A stretch of DNA of 64,000 nucleotides from Candidatus Magasanikiibacteriota bacterium (GTDB lineage: Bacteria > Patescibacteriota > Patescibacteriia > Magasanikbacterales > GWA2-37-8). Where the stretch lies: positions 17,026 through 81,025 of the forward strand of contig JAGOQR010000002.1 of assembly GCA_017991415.1 (NCBI GenBank), read 5' to 3'. Below, one piece after another: positions 1 through 8,987 of the stretch. The number at the start of each line of letters is the position of its first letter. The stretch's first letter is position 1. Made by a program: the position numbers and the translations under genes. The notes beneath the pieces were generated by a model. The model saw nothing but the letters and a program-made list of their open reading frames with translations. It had not been told where the DNA came from and did no database searches.

Positions 1-2721
1 GTTAGCAGCTGCTAATTTTACTTTAGCTAACTGTACGCCAGTCTGGTTAGGACCATAGATCTTGGAAAGAGTTGTAGCGTCGGATACGGAAGTAACGTTT
101 AAGTTACCAGCACCAACTGTTACTTGTTGACCAGCAACAATGCTGCCAGTTCCACTTGTTCCACTGTCTTTACCAGTATAGTTGTAACTAGCAAAAGAAG
201 TAGTTACTACTCCAGAAGCTCCGGATGTAATATAAGCTTTCAATTGCAATGTTACTGTCTGACTCTTCAAAACAGTTAAGTCAAAGCTGTAGCTGTTAGA
301 TGTACTAGCAACTGTACTTTGAGTTGTTCCTAACTGAGTTGAACCGTTCCAAAGGGACATGTTCTGGAACATTTCGGAAGCTTGACCTGTAGCAAGACCA
401 AAGTTTACGCTAACACTACTCAAGCGAACATCTTCAGAAGTACCAGCTGTACAAATGTACTGACCGATAACTGTAGTTGAACCTGGAGCGCGAGTAACGT
501 TACCCATGGCTGTATCCTTATAACATGTCAATGAAGTTGCATTAACAGTTAATTGGTTAGCTTCTGTACTTGTGTTTACTGCACTTGGTAAACCGTCAGC
601 AAAATCTAAGGTAGAAAGTCTCTTTCCGTAGAAGTTACCAATACCAACTTTATAGCTTACGCCAGAAGTTGCTACTGAATCAACACTACCAACTACTTCT
701 AAAGTCTTAGTTTGGTTGGAAGTTAAGTTGATGTAACTTGACAATGTGTTCTGAGCTCCGCCTGCATATAGGGAAGCAGTAGAAGCAGCAACAGTCAAGT
801 AAACAGTTCCGTCTGCAGCATCACGAACAACTACGTTGCCAGTGAGTTTTGTCTTTGAACCGCTGCCTTGGTTAATACCAAGACCCATTTTGCGCAATTC
901 CATACTTTCACCAACACCTTTAACATCGAAACGAGCTAACACAATATTTTGTGCGCCAGAAGAAATGTTTCCAGCAGGAGCAGTAGTGGATTTGTTAACG
1001 GTTAAAGTACCAGAACCCATGTTGAACCAACCACTTGTACTTGTTGTATCAGTAAAGCTGGTAGGTAGAACGTAGAAACCAGTAGTTATACCTTTTACTA
1101 ACATGTCATAATCACTCTGTAGGTGAACATTGAAGTTACGGGTTGAACCGTTTACAACGTCAACTTTTACAGATAAATCACGACTTGTGCTCTTTGGTAC
1201 AACGTAAGGAGTAGCAAAGTTAACTGTTACATAGCGGTTACTCATTGAAGCAGTCATTCCAAGTTGAGTTCCATTTGGGGCAAAAACGCTCCAGTTGGCT
1301 AAATCATTATCTTGGATAGTACCAGCTACAAAGAAAGTAAGCTTTGAAATAGAGATATCTTCGTTACCACTTGATTCGGTAAATCTGAATTTAGCAACTT
1401 CTTTTTGTAAGTCACCAATTTGCAGGTTACCAGAAGCTGTGCTTGCTGGTTGAGTTGCTTGTCCGCCAACTGATTGACCTGAAACAGTATAGGAAGCTAA
1501 GGAAGCATTTCCATCAATGATAGCCATTTGGTTACCAACGATTGGGAATGAACCGCCAACTGTACCATTACTCATTACATCAGTAGAAGCAGCAACACTG
1601 AATCCTACTAAGCCAGAGTTGGCAGCAGGAGCGATGTTAACAGCAACTGTCAAAGATTCAGAAGCTCCAGCGCCTACGAGTACTGGGTATGAACCAAAAC
1701 TTACAGTAATTTTGTTATCTGAAGTTAAGGAAGTCATAACATCACCGTGGCGATTTCCCATTGAATCCCAAACACTAACACCAGTAATATTGCTATTTGC
1801 AATCAAACCAGTTTTAGTCAAAGTAAGACCTGTAACTTGAGTAGCTGCACTAGCACTAAAGTTAAGTTTCAAAACTTTGTTATAAGCAGAACCGTCAGCT
1901 AGGTTACCGGCAGCTGGATTATCAGCAGCTAAAGTAACGGAAAGGTTTCCACCAGTAACTGGAGTAGAAACGATAGCACCGTCTTGAGTTCTGTTGGTTA
2001 GAACAGATTCCATAGCATCAATCATGGTGCCAACGGTTGTACCAGTTAGGTAAGAAGCAGGAACAGCATGAACGAAAGCAGCTTTAAATCTGTTTGCGGT
2101 CATACCAGTAGCTGTAACTTCACGTAATACATTGCTTGCAGCAACATACCAAGTTTTTCCAGCATTGCTTACGAGCATACCTTCATGAACCATACCAGAA
2201 ACATCAGCTCCTCTATTTACATAGTGAGGCCAGAATGCGTCTGCAACAGTCATTACTTTATAGTTTGCTCCATACAAAGCTGTAGCATCAGTTGTACTGA
2301 TTTTAGCTAAAGAGTTTCCAGGTAATACAGCATACAATTGATCTGAAGAAATTCTCTTCAAAAGGTATGCACCAGAGCGGTAGTTAACAGCGCCTGGGTA
2401 AGAACTAGGAACAGCTAAAGAATCAAAACAGTCCTGTGTTATTGTTACATAACCAGCATACTGATTTGCAGCAGTAGCTGAAAGACCTGTCCAACTCTTG
2501 AATTCATCCCCTGAAGGGAAGTATAAAATTTGATTATTTTTGTTGACAGCATAGATAGCTGCTTTACCAGATACCTTTACCATGTCACCGGCGGAAAGCG
2601 TTGGACAAACTGCTGCATTTGCAACAGGAACCAAAGCTGCAACGCCTAGAGCCCACAACATAGTAGCTCCAACAACGCTAACCGTAAAGATTTTTTTTAC
2701 GGATTTTAATACATCGGTCAT
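1..2721 (-). CDS. large secreted repeat-rich surface protein (S-layer-like); 5' end only, C-terminus runs off window start
   Basis: ATG at 2721 (minus) followed by a signal-peptide-like N-terminus (MTDVLKSVKKIFTVSVVGATMLWALGVAALVPVANA). Plus-strand frame-1 triplets spot-checked over 1-240 carry no tta/cta/tca, so the minus frame is open there. Thr/Ser/Val/Gly/Asn-rich beta-rich repetitive composition. No competing ORFs over 2.7 kb. Missing from the ORF track presumably because it is truncated by the window edge. Confidence 0.5.
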   Translation of the reverse strand, partial: MTDVLKSVKKIFTVSVVGATMLWALGVAALVPVANAAVCPTLSAGDMVKVSGKAAIYAVNKNNQILYFPSGDEFKSWTGLSATAANQYAGYVTITQDCFDSLAVPSSYPGAVNYRSGAYLLKRISSDQLYAVLPGNSLAKISTTDATALYGANYKVMTVADAFWPHYVNRGADVSGMVHEGMLVSNAGKTWYVAASNVLREVTATGMTANRFKAAFVHAVPASYLTGTTVGTMIDAMESVLTNRTQDGAIVSTPVTGGNLSVTLAADNPAAGNLADGSAYNKVLKLNFSASAATQVTGLTLTKTGLIANSNITGVSVWDSMGNRHGDVMTSLTSDNKITVSFGSYPVLVGAGASESLTVAVNIAPAANSGLVGFSVAASTDVMSNGTVGGSFPIVGNQMAIIDGNASLASYTVSGQSVGGQATQPASTASGNLQIGDLQKEVAKFRFTESSGNEDISISKLTFFVAGTIQDNDLANWSVFAPNGTQLGMTASMSNRYVTVNFATPYVVPKSTSRDLSVKVDVVNGSTRNFNVHLQSDYDMLVKGITTGFYVLPTSFTDTTSTSGWFNMGSGTLTVNKSTTAPAGNISSGAQNIVLARFDVKGVGESMELRKMGLGINQGSGSKTKLTGNVVVRDAADGTVYLTVAASTASLYAGGAQNTLSSYINLTSNQTKTLEVVGSVDSVATSGVSYKVGIGNFYGKRLSTLDFADGLPSAVNTSTEANQLTVNATSLTCYKDTAMGNVTRAPGSTTVIGQYICTAGTSEDVRLSSVSVNFGLATGQASEMFQNMSLWNGSTQLGTTQSTVASTSNSYSFDLTVLKSQTVTLQLKAYITSGASGVVTTSFASYNYTGKDSGTSGTGSIVAGQQVTVGAGNLNVTSVSDATTLSKIYGPNQTGVQLAKVKLAAAN

Positions 2722-2940
2722 AATTTTAAATTATTATTCTTTAATCTAGTGCGCCCCGCTAAAATACGAAGTCGCTAGATTAAAGTTTGTTTCAATCAAC
2801 GAAACCGTTAGGTTTGTTGATTGAACTACAATGGTTTTACGAGCTTCTATAAGCCCTCGACCTGATGTAAAACCGCGATTAACACTTTCCTTCCCGCCTC
2901 CTCCGATACAATATCGAAAAAATACGGGATTTTATCTCTC

Positions 2941-2978
2941 TCCTCTGTGCTATAGAAATTAATCTATTCCACAGAGGA
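2941..2978 (-). terminator. hairpin (tcctctgtg / cacagagga) downstream of the anti-sigma gene; no clear U-run
   Basis: 9-bp inverted repeat 16 nt after the stop of the 2994..4334 gene. No adjacent T-run, so weak. Confidence 0.2.
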
Positions 2979-2993
2979 AAGAAATAATTTAGA

Positions 2994-4334
2994 TTATCTT
3001 AAGGTAGTGGTTGGTTTTGGAACTATTACTGGAGTGGTTGATACATTTATTTTTATAGTATTTGATGTAGTTACTCCAACACTAAGGCTACTACTAACAG
3101 GGGTAGTTGTAACAAAAATACTAGTAGAAGCAGTAAGTGGAGCATCTGCCGCAACTGCAACTACTGGCAAGATGCCTTGCACTGCCTTTAATGTATCGTC
3201 AGTAATTTTTTCAACTTGAGTACTCACTGCATTAGCTTCTTTTATTTTTCCAACAGCTAGGGAAAGATTATCTTGAGACAATAATATCTGCCCTTCACTT
3301 ACCGTTTCTCCCGTTTTAACATTAAACTGCTGGGCTGTGTTTACAGCTGCCTGGGTTTGTTTGGAAGTCTCTTCTATTTTATCGGATAATTCTTGTGTAT
3401 TATTGGATGTAGATGAATTTTTAATATCTTGAACAATAGCAGCATTTACTTCTGTTTTAACTATACCTACAGCTTTGTTTACTTCCACCATACTTTGCTT
3501 GGACTCGGCCGCATCTGTTACCGCTGATTGAAGCTGCTGGTTAATGGCTGCCTTAACCTCATCTTTTGATACACTCACATCTCCTTGTAAATGCTTCTCT
3601 ACCATAACTTCTACAGCTTTTACCGCTGTTTCTTTTGCTATATCTTTTACTTGAGAAACTTGAGTTGATAAATCGCCTGTACTTGCAACATCGTTGATAA
3701 GTAAATTAACTTTAACTTCTTTTAAAACTTTTTGTATATCCTGAGTAGTTTGATTAATATTTTTTGCAGCCTCTCCAGTTGAACCGTTAGTTGTTTTTAT
3801 TTCTTCTAATTTATTACTTACGCTATTTAATTCTTGTTTTAAATCATTAACTGTTTTGGAAACAATTTCAATTTTTGAAGGATCGTTCTGAGAAACAATA
3901 CTTTTTATTTCTACAGCTCTTCTTTTAGCAAATTCACCGTGCAGACTAGCGGCCTCATTTTTATTGCCAACAACCTCAGCACTTACTGACTGAAATGTTT
4001 CAGTTGCGCGCTTTGCAGAATAAAGCCATTCGCCAGGTAATGATTCGTAAGAAGCACTTACAGTTGCAACCCAACTTCCAACACCCATAGCCAGGATAAG
4101 GATTATCGCTGTCATTGGTTTGATAACTCTATATACCAATGTTTGTGGCAAGAAAATTGAAGTTGCTTGCCAAAAATTATCGACATTAAACTTAATTCGA
4201 TTATTATTTTTTGTAGAAACAGTATTTCTAATCTGAGACAACAAAAGCTCTCGGTTATTTTTTAACCATTCTTCACTCGGTCCAGTATCAGCATGCTTCA
4301 AGGATTTCAATTGTCTGATTATTTCTTTAGACAT
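2994..4334 (-). CDS. membrane-anchored anti-sigma-factor-like protein (short cytoplasmic N-domain, one TM helix, long coiled-coil ectodomain, S/T/P/V-rich C-terminal tail)
   Basis: Immediately downstream of and co-oriented with the ECF sigma gene. One hydrophobic helix (AIILILAMGVGSWVATV) about 75 aa from the N-terminus. Lys/Glu/Gln-rich heptad-like ectodomain. Low-complexity T/P/S/V tail. Confidence 0.4.
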   Translation of the reverse strand: MSKEIIRQLKSLKHADTGPSEEWLKNNRELLLSQIRNTVSTKNNNRIKFNVDNFWQATSIFLPQTLVYRVIKPMTAIILILAMGVGSWVATVSASYESLPGEWLYSAKRATETFQSVSAEVVGNKNEAASLHGEFAKRRAVEIKSIVSQNDPSKIEIVSKTVNDLKQELNSVSNKLEEIKTTNGSTGEAAKNINQTTQDIQKVLKEVKVNLLINDVASTGDLSTQVSQVKDIAKETAVKAVEVMVEKHLQGDVSVSKDEVKAAINQQLQSAVTDAAESKQSMVEVNKAVGIVKTEVNAAIVQDIKNSSTSNNTQELSDKIEETSKQTQAAVNTAQQFNVKTGETVSEGQILLSQDNLSLAVGKIKEANAVSTQVEKITDDTLKAVQGILPVVAVAADAPLTASTSIFVTTTPVSSSLSVGVTTSNTIKINVSTTPVIVPKPTTTLR

Positions 4335-4364
4335 AACGTATTAACTATACCTTTACCCGATTTT

Positions 4365-4937
4365 TTATACTTTATTTTCTAACAATTCTTTTAATTTATG
4401 TAAGGCTCTATGCAATGTTACTCGTATTGATACTCGGCCCTTTCCAGTTATCTCGGCAATCTCACTCACTTCTAATTCATCGACATATCTTAGAGTAACA
4501 ATTTCTCGATATTCTTGTTTTAAATTTTTTAAAGCTTTAATGATTTTTTGAACTTCAATTTTTTCTCCTATTTTTTCTTCGAAGCCAATCACCCAACTTT
4601 CTTTACCTTGTATATTCTCGCCCCCATCATCATCGATGGAAAAAACTTCTTTATGACTTGTTTTCGAACGATACAAGTCAATAACAGAGTTGCGCGCTAA
4701 TTTATATAAAAGACCGCTAAAACTTTCTATACTTTTTTTCTCATTTATATATCGCCATGCTTTCAAGAACACTTCAGAAGTAATATCTTCGGCCTCTTCA
4801 CGATTTGCAACTTTAAAAAAAACAAAGCTATAGATTCGTCTAGCATAAATATCATATAGCTGAGCAAAAGCTTCTGGATCCTTTTTGGTGTGAAGCTTAA
4901 AGAGGAGGATTTTTTCAGAGATTTTATTTCTAGACAT
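4365..4937 (-). CDS. ECF-type RNA polymerase sigma factor (sigma-70 family regions 2 and 4)
   Basis: Region-2-like EAFAQLYDIYARRIYSFVFFKVANREEAEDITSEVFLKAW and region-4 HTH LRYVDELEVSEIAEITGKGRVSIRVTLHRALHKLKE. The track ORF begins at a TTG (5006) with 23 hydrophobic non-sigma residues, so the ATG at 4937 (MSRNKISEK...) is preferred. Confidence 0.75.
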   Translation of the reverse strand: MSRNKISEKILLFKLHTKKDPEAFAQLYDIYARRIYSFVFFKVANREEAEDITSEVFLKAWRYINEKKSIESFSGLLYKLARNSVIDLYRSKTSHKEVFSIDDDGGENIQGKESWVIGFEEKIGEKIEVQKIIKALKNLKQEYREIVTLRYVDELEVSEIAEITGKGRVSIRVTLHRALHKLKELLENKV

Positions 4938-5123
4938 TATAGTAGACGTAGAAATAAGAATTATGTTACAGTTTTCGAAAATCACATTAATTTTCAACCA
5001 TTTCAATGGTTAACATGTTAGCAAAATAAAGGGCAGAAGTCAAATAGAGACCATAGAATTTAAAATGATTTTTGATGCTTCAAATTAATGCTCAGCTGCA
5101 AAAAAAGAAATTAAATTTTGTAT

Positions 5124-5159
5124 TTTTTATTTGTATACTCTAGTGTATACAAATAAAAA
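5124..5159. promoter_or_regulatory. perfect palindrome tttttatttgtatac-N6-gtatacaaataaaaa (operator-like) in the divergent sigma/HTH intergenic region
   Basis: 15-bp perfect inverted arms with a 6-bp spacer (tctagt), read directly from the sequence. Confidence 0.45.
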
Positions 5160-5200
5160 ATACGAGAAAAATCCTTGAGAACAAGAGCTTTACCCCTGTT

Positions 5201-5244
5201 TTTTACAGTATTTGTATACACTTGTGTATACAAATACTGTAAAA
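5201..5244. promoter_or_regulatory. second perfect palindrome ttttacagtatttgtatac-N6-gtatacaaatactgtaaaa, about 80 bp from the first, sharing the core ATTTGTATAC
   Basis: 19-bp perfect inverted arms with a 6-bp spacer (acttgt). Same 10-bp core as the first palindrome. Confidence 0.45.
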
Positions 5245-5373
5245 ATAAAATCATAAAAACAGAGATAACCGTCGTATTATTGACAAAAAACCAATTATTT
5301 GATATACTTGTCTAGATTAGTCTATACAAACACAAATTAAAATAGACTTACATAATCTTTTGATCTACTCCCT

Positions 5374-5718
5374 ATGGAACAAATTGTGCCACATGCCGAG
5401 CCTACAAAAGAAGTAATACGAGTTTCAATATCTGAAGCTGCGAAATTATTTGGCGTAAACTCACAAACTATTCGTAGAGCAATCGCCTCTAAGGAGGTCA
5501 TTTATATAGTGGTGGCTGGACGATATAAGCTCAATTTTGAAAGCCTTGTTAAATGGTCCCAGCGACACACCACTATAAAAAACAAGCTTGAAAAAAAAGG
5601 GATCGGTCAATTTATTGGTGATTGGAAAATTAAAAATCCGCTCTACTCCCCTAGCCCAAAAATTGTGCCTAGTAAAAAAACAGACGACTCACCAAGCACT
5701 TCTCCCGAAACTCTTTAA
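5374..5718 (+). CDS. small DNA-binding protein, excisionase/HTH_17-type helix-turn-helix
   Basis: VSISEAAKLFGVNSQTIRRAIASKEVIYIVVAGRYKLNFESLVKW matches the excisionase-family HTH pattern (target-Glu-Ala-Ala-x-Leu-x-Gly-Val-Ser...Ile-Arg-Arg). Divergent from the ECF sigma operon across the palindromes. Confidence 0.5.
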   Translation: MEQIVPHAEPTKEVIRVSISEAAKLFGVNSQTIRRAIASKEVIYIVVAGRYKLNFESLVKWSQRHTTIKNKLEKKGIGQFIGDWKIKNPLYSPSPKIVPSKKTDDSPSTSPETL

Positions 5719-5721
5719 ATC

Positions 5722-5749
5722 AAAAACCTCCTCTATTCGGGAGGTTTTT
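5722..5749 (+). terminator. rho-independent terminator (aaaaacctcc-tctattc-gggaggttttt)
   Basis: GC-containing stem flanked by an A-run and a T-run, directly after the stop of the 5374..5718 gene. Confidence 0.55.
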
Positions 5750-5818
5750 AATTTATTTATATAGTTGTAGAAAACGCATATACGATATATAATAACCCTG
5801 CAAAATACTAACAAAAAT

Positions 5819-7564
5819 ATGCTTAATTTTCTTAAAAATCACTATCACAAAAAATACCACGGCATGTATCAGCATGCAAAAAAACTCTTTGTTTTTGACC
5901 TTGCCCTACTATCTCTCGCTATTGTCATGATGATAAGTAGCGCAGTGTTATTTTTCTGGAAACCGAGCATTGCTGGTCTTATTAACATCTCTCTCTCTTT
6001 GGGCCAAGAACGAATACAAAGCGGTGACGCAGTCCGACTAACTATTGATTATACAAATAATAGCAAACAAAATTTGAAAGATGTATCCCTTGGACTGCGT
6101 TTACCAGAAGGTTTTATTATAGACCGCACCAAAACATCAAGCGATACCTTTTCTGAGCACTCTATCTTTACTGCAATAAAAGAATTAAAAGCTGGCGCTT
6201 CTGGACAATCAGAAATCTACGGTCAATTTTGGACAGAACCAAAAGCAGAAAAACATTTTATTGCCAACCTTTCGTACAGACCAGAAAATAAAAATAGTCG
6301 GGAACAAAAACTATCTTCTTTAATATCAACTATTTCTGACAGTATTCTGGTTGGCAAAATTACCATACTCACCTCTACTTTTTCAAATACACCTGTACAA
6401 TTCACGTACACCCTTCAAAACTTGAGCGACAACCAAATCAGCAATATCTCACTTACACACAACTTAAACAAAGGTGCTATTGCCGAAAAAGATCTATCCA
6501 ACATCTCTCTTTCACCAAACGGAATCAAAGTAATACAAGGGGGATTTACGAGCCCAGAAAAATCGGGCAAGTACACATACTCCATCACACCCCAGGTGCT
6601 AGCCAACAACCACCTTATTCCACAAGGCTCGCTCAATACCGAACTAAACATTATTTCACCACAAATAATCTCTGGTGCTCGCTTATTAGGCAATGTAGCA
6701 TTTGCAGAACCAGGGCAAGTATTGCCAGTAGAAATAAGATGGGAAAATACAAGTAACTTTAAACTCGAAAACCTGACGCTTCACATTACAACCAACCTCA
6801 CTGGAGCCATTGATTGGAAAAAAACTGCCCGAGAAAATGGAGCTACAGCCGAAAATAATGGAATATTTTTTGATAGCAAATCCAGAACTAGTCTTAGTAA
6901 CGGCTCTCCAAAAAATAGCGATACATTTACGGTAAATATATACCTACTTTCCACCCTGGGCTTACCTCAAACAGAGAACGCTAAACTAGAAATATACCCA
7001 ATAATGAAAGCAAGTGCCCCTGGAATAACTGATGCAACATTTAGCCAGGACGGCTCTCGCACATCCCTTCCACTCGCCACAGAAGTAAAATTTATCGACA
7101 CAGAGGCGCGCTATTACACAGCCGAAGGCGATCAGTTGGGCCGCGGAACTCTTCCACCTACTGTTGGCAAAAATACCAAATATTGGGTTTTTGTAAAAAT
7201 AGCCAACACCTCTAACGCTTTAGAGAACATTAGCTTTAACACTACATTACCCGAAGGTGTCGAATTGAGCGGCAAACAAAGCACTACTATTGGCCCTCAG
7301 CTGCTCTATAATGCTCTTAACCGCTCTATTTCTTGGCAATACTATACTTTGCCCGCAAACAGCCAAACCGGCCTTTATTTTGAAGTGTCAGTTACTCCTA
7401 ATCAGTCCCAGGTTGGAAAAAATATACAGCTTACTAACTCTCTTAATTTCTCGGCTACAGATGATTATGTTGGAAAAAAATTCAACATCTCCCACACCCC
7501 AATCTTCAACACGCTTAACAAAAACGACCGAGGCTCCAACCTCGGATCAAAGGTACTTCCTTAG
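5819..7564 (+). CDS. membrane-anchored protein with repeated DUF11/CARDB-like beta-sandwich repeats
   Basis: N-terminal TM segment (LFVFDLALLSLAIVMMISSAVLFFW). Recurring motifs of the type DAVRLTIDYTNNS...LPEGF and GQVLPVEIRWENTSN...LENLTLHITTNLTG. Asn/Ser/Thr-rich. Confidence 0.4.
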   Translation: MLNFLKNHYHKKYHGMYQHAKKLFVFDLALLSLAIVMMISSAVLFFWKPSIAGLINISLSLGQERIQSGDAVRLTIDYTNNSKQNLKDVSLGLRLPEGFIIDRTKTSSDTFSEHSIFTAIKELKAGASGQSEIYGQFWTEPKAEKHFIANLSYRPENKNSREQKLSSLISTISDSILVGKITILTSTFSNTPVQFTYTLQNLSDNQISNISLTHNLNKGAIAEKDLSNISLSPNGIKVIQGGFTSPEKSGKYTYSITPQVLANNHLIPQGSLNTELNIISPQIISGARLLGNVAFAEPGQVLPVEIRWENTSNFKLENLTLHITTNLTGAIDWKKTARENGATAENNGIFFDSKSRTSLSNGSPKNSDTFTVNIYLLSTLGLPQTENAKLEIYPIMKASAPGITDATFSQDGSRTSLPLATEVKFIDTEARYYTAEGDQLGRGTLPPTVGKNTKYWVFVKIANTSNALENISFNTTLPEGVELSGKQSTTIGPQLLYNALNRSISWQYYTLPANSQTGLYFEVSVTPNQSQVGKNIQLTNSLNFSATDDYVGKKFNISHTPIFNTLNKNDRGSNLGSKVLP

Positions 7565-7571
7565 AAGTCAA

Positions 7572-8753
7572 CTACTTTAAAAAAGTAAAAAAACTTTTTA
7601 ACGTAAACCAGGTAAACGTTGCTAGTACAGGTATTGCCAGTAGCCAGAAGTGACGTAACCCATATGAGGAATCATCCAAATCCCCTTTTTTTCTGGCTTG
7701 CCAACAAACAAATACAAGCAACAACGCCTCAGCACCAATCACTGCCCCTCCTGCAACACTTAAAATTGTAATAAACTCACGCAAACCAAAGATAAATAAA
7801 AGAATCGGAACGCCAATCACTAAAAATTCTGCTAACACGGTATTAATTTTGCTATCCCATACAAAACTCTGTTTCAACGCAATACCTGATCCAATAAAGC
7901 CTGCACTCATAGCTAAAATAGCAAAAATATTACTTAATACGAGCACTCCTGTACCAAATTTTTCTCCTAATCCAATAGTAGCTATTTCTGAAGTTTGTAG
8001 TCCTGTGGCACCCACCACTGCCAGGGCAAATATAATATACACAGCCACTGGTATCAAAGACCCAATAATCAAAGCCTTCTTAAAACTTTTTTGATCTTTT
8101 GGTAATAATGCATGCGCCTCTATTATTGCAGGTGTCCCATTTAAAGCAAACAAGATGACTCCGTATGGTAAAAAAATATTACTCAGATCTGTGTACGCCC
8201 AATGAGCAATTTTAAAATCCTTTAAAATAAAAATTGAAAGACCTACTATAATACTTATTACAATAATACTAAGAATTTTTTCTACAACTTTTATAGTTTG
8301 CAAGCCACGCCAGACTATAATACTCGCAATAGCCCAAAAAACACCGCTCCATACAACTGGCTCACCACCAAATAAAGCGGCAAGCGACTGTCCTTCGCCG
8401 GCTATATAGGCAAGCAGGGCACCAAAAGACCCAAAAATAATCATGACATTAATAAAATATTTAGGCCACCTGCCTAGATATTTGCCAACCAAACCCGGTA
8501 TTTGCAAAGATTCTTTGGTTTTTACTGCTATTTCTCCAAGCATAAGATTAAGAGATAGCATAATAAAACCCAACACGAGTATATAGGCAATACCAACTTT
8601 GAGACCTACTTGCGCAACAACATACGGAACGCCTAAGACACCAGCTCCGATAGTCATACCCGTAATCATAAATACTGCATCGGCAACTGAAACTGGTTTT
8701 TTATATACACCTTGATGTAAAATAATTTTTTTCTCCTCAACCAACCTACTCAT
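7572..8753 (-). CDS. amino acid permease (AAAP/aromatic amino acid permease-like, 10-11 TM)
   Basis: N-terminal ITGMTIGAGVLGVPYVVAQVG motif typical of Trp/Tyr-type and AAAP permeases. Multi-TM hydropathy. Confidence 0.5.
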   Translation of the reverse strand: MSRLVEEKKIILHQGVYKKPVSVADAVFMITGMTIGAGVLGVPYVVAQVGLKVGIAYILVLGFIMLSLNLMLGEIAVKTKESLQIPGLVGKYLGRWPKYFINVMIIFGSFGALLAYIAGEGQSLAALFGGEPVVWSGVFWAIASIIVWRGLQTIKVVEKILSIIVISIIVGLSIFILKDFKIAHWAYTDLSNIFLPYGVILFALNGTPAIIEAHALLPKDQKSFKKALIIGSLIPVAVYIIFALAVVGATGLQTSEIATIGLGEKFGTGVLVLSNIFAILAMSAGFIGSGIALKQSFVWDSKINTVLAEFLVIGVPILLFIFGLREFITILSVAGGAVIGAEALLLVFVCWQARKKGDLDDSSYGLRHFWLLAIPVLATFTWFTLKSFFTFLK

Positions 8754-8820
8754 ATATAAAAGTAAATTTAAAAAATGATAATATAATTATAACACACTTT
8801 AATAAAATAACCTCTTACGC

Positions 8821-8850
8821 TTGACAAAATTGCTATTTTATGGTTAAAAT
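8821..8850 (+). promoter_or_regulatory. sigma-70-like promoter TTGACA-N18-TAAAAT carrying the extended motif ATTTTATGGTTAAAAT
   Basis: ttgaca at 8821-8826 and taaaat at 8845-8850. Points toward the GC-rich lipoprotein gene. Confidence 0.35.
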
Positions 8851-8874
8851 ACTGAGTTCTTTTAATGAATTCTT

Positions 8875-8928
8875 AGAACTAGCAAGAATTTTGAGCACTA
8901 CACATTGCCCAAAATTCTCGCTAGTTCT
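8875..8928. repeat. long hairpin (18-bp arms agaactagcaagaatttt / aaaattctcgctagttct, one mismatch) with loop ...cactacacattgccc, at the left edge of GC-rich island 1
   Basis: Inverted repeat read directly. The loop shares the 9-mer acacattgc with the H3 hairpin loop at 25493-25554. Confidence 0.4.
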
Positions 8929-8987
8929 GGCAGCCTCGCCCGATATCCGGGAAAGGTTTTGTCTCCTACCGAGAGAGTGAGGATCAC

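Noticed and set aside
836-1840. Short plus-strand ORFs 836..1075 and 1517..1840
   Set aside because: They lie antisense within the long minus-strand surface-protein gene, with no start context. They are composition artefacts.
4938-5006. Longer version of the ECF sigma ORF starting at 5006
   Set aside because: The track start is a TTG and adds 23 hydrophobic residues not found in sigma factors. The ATG at 4937 gives a canonical region-2 spacing.
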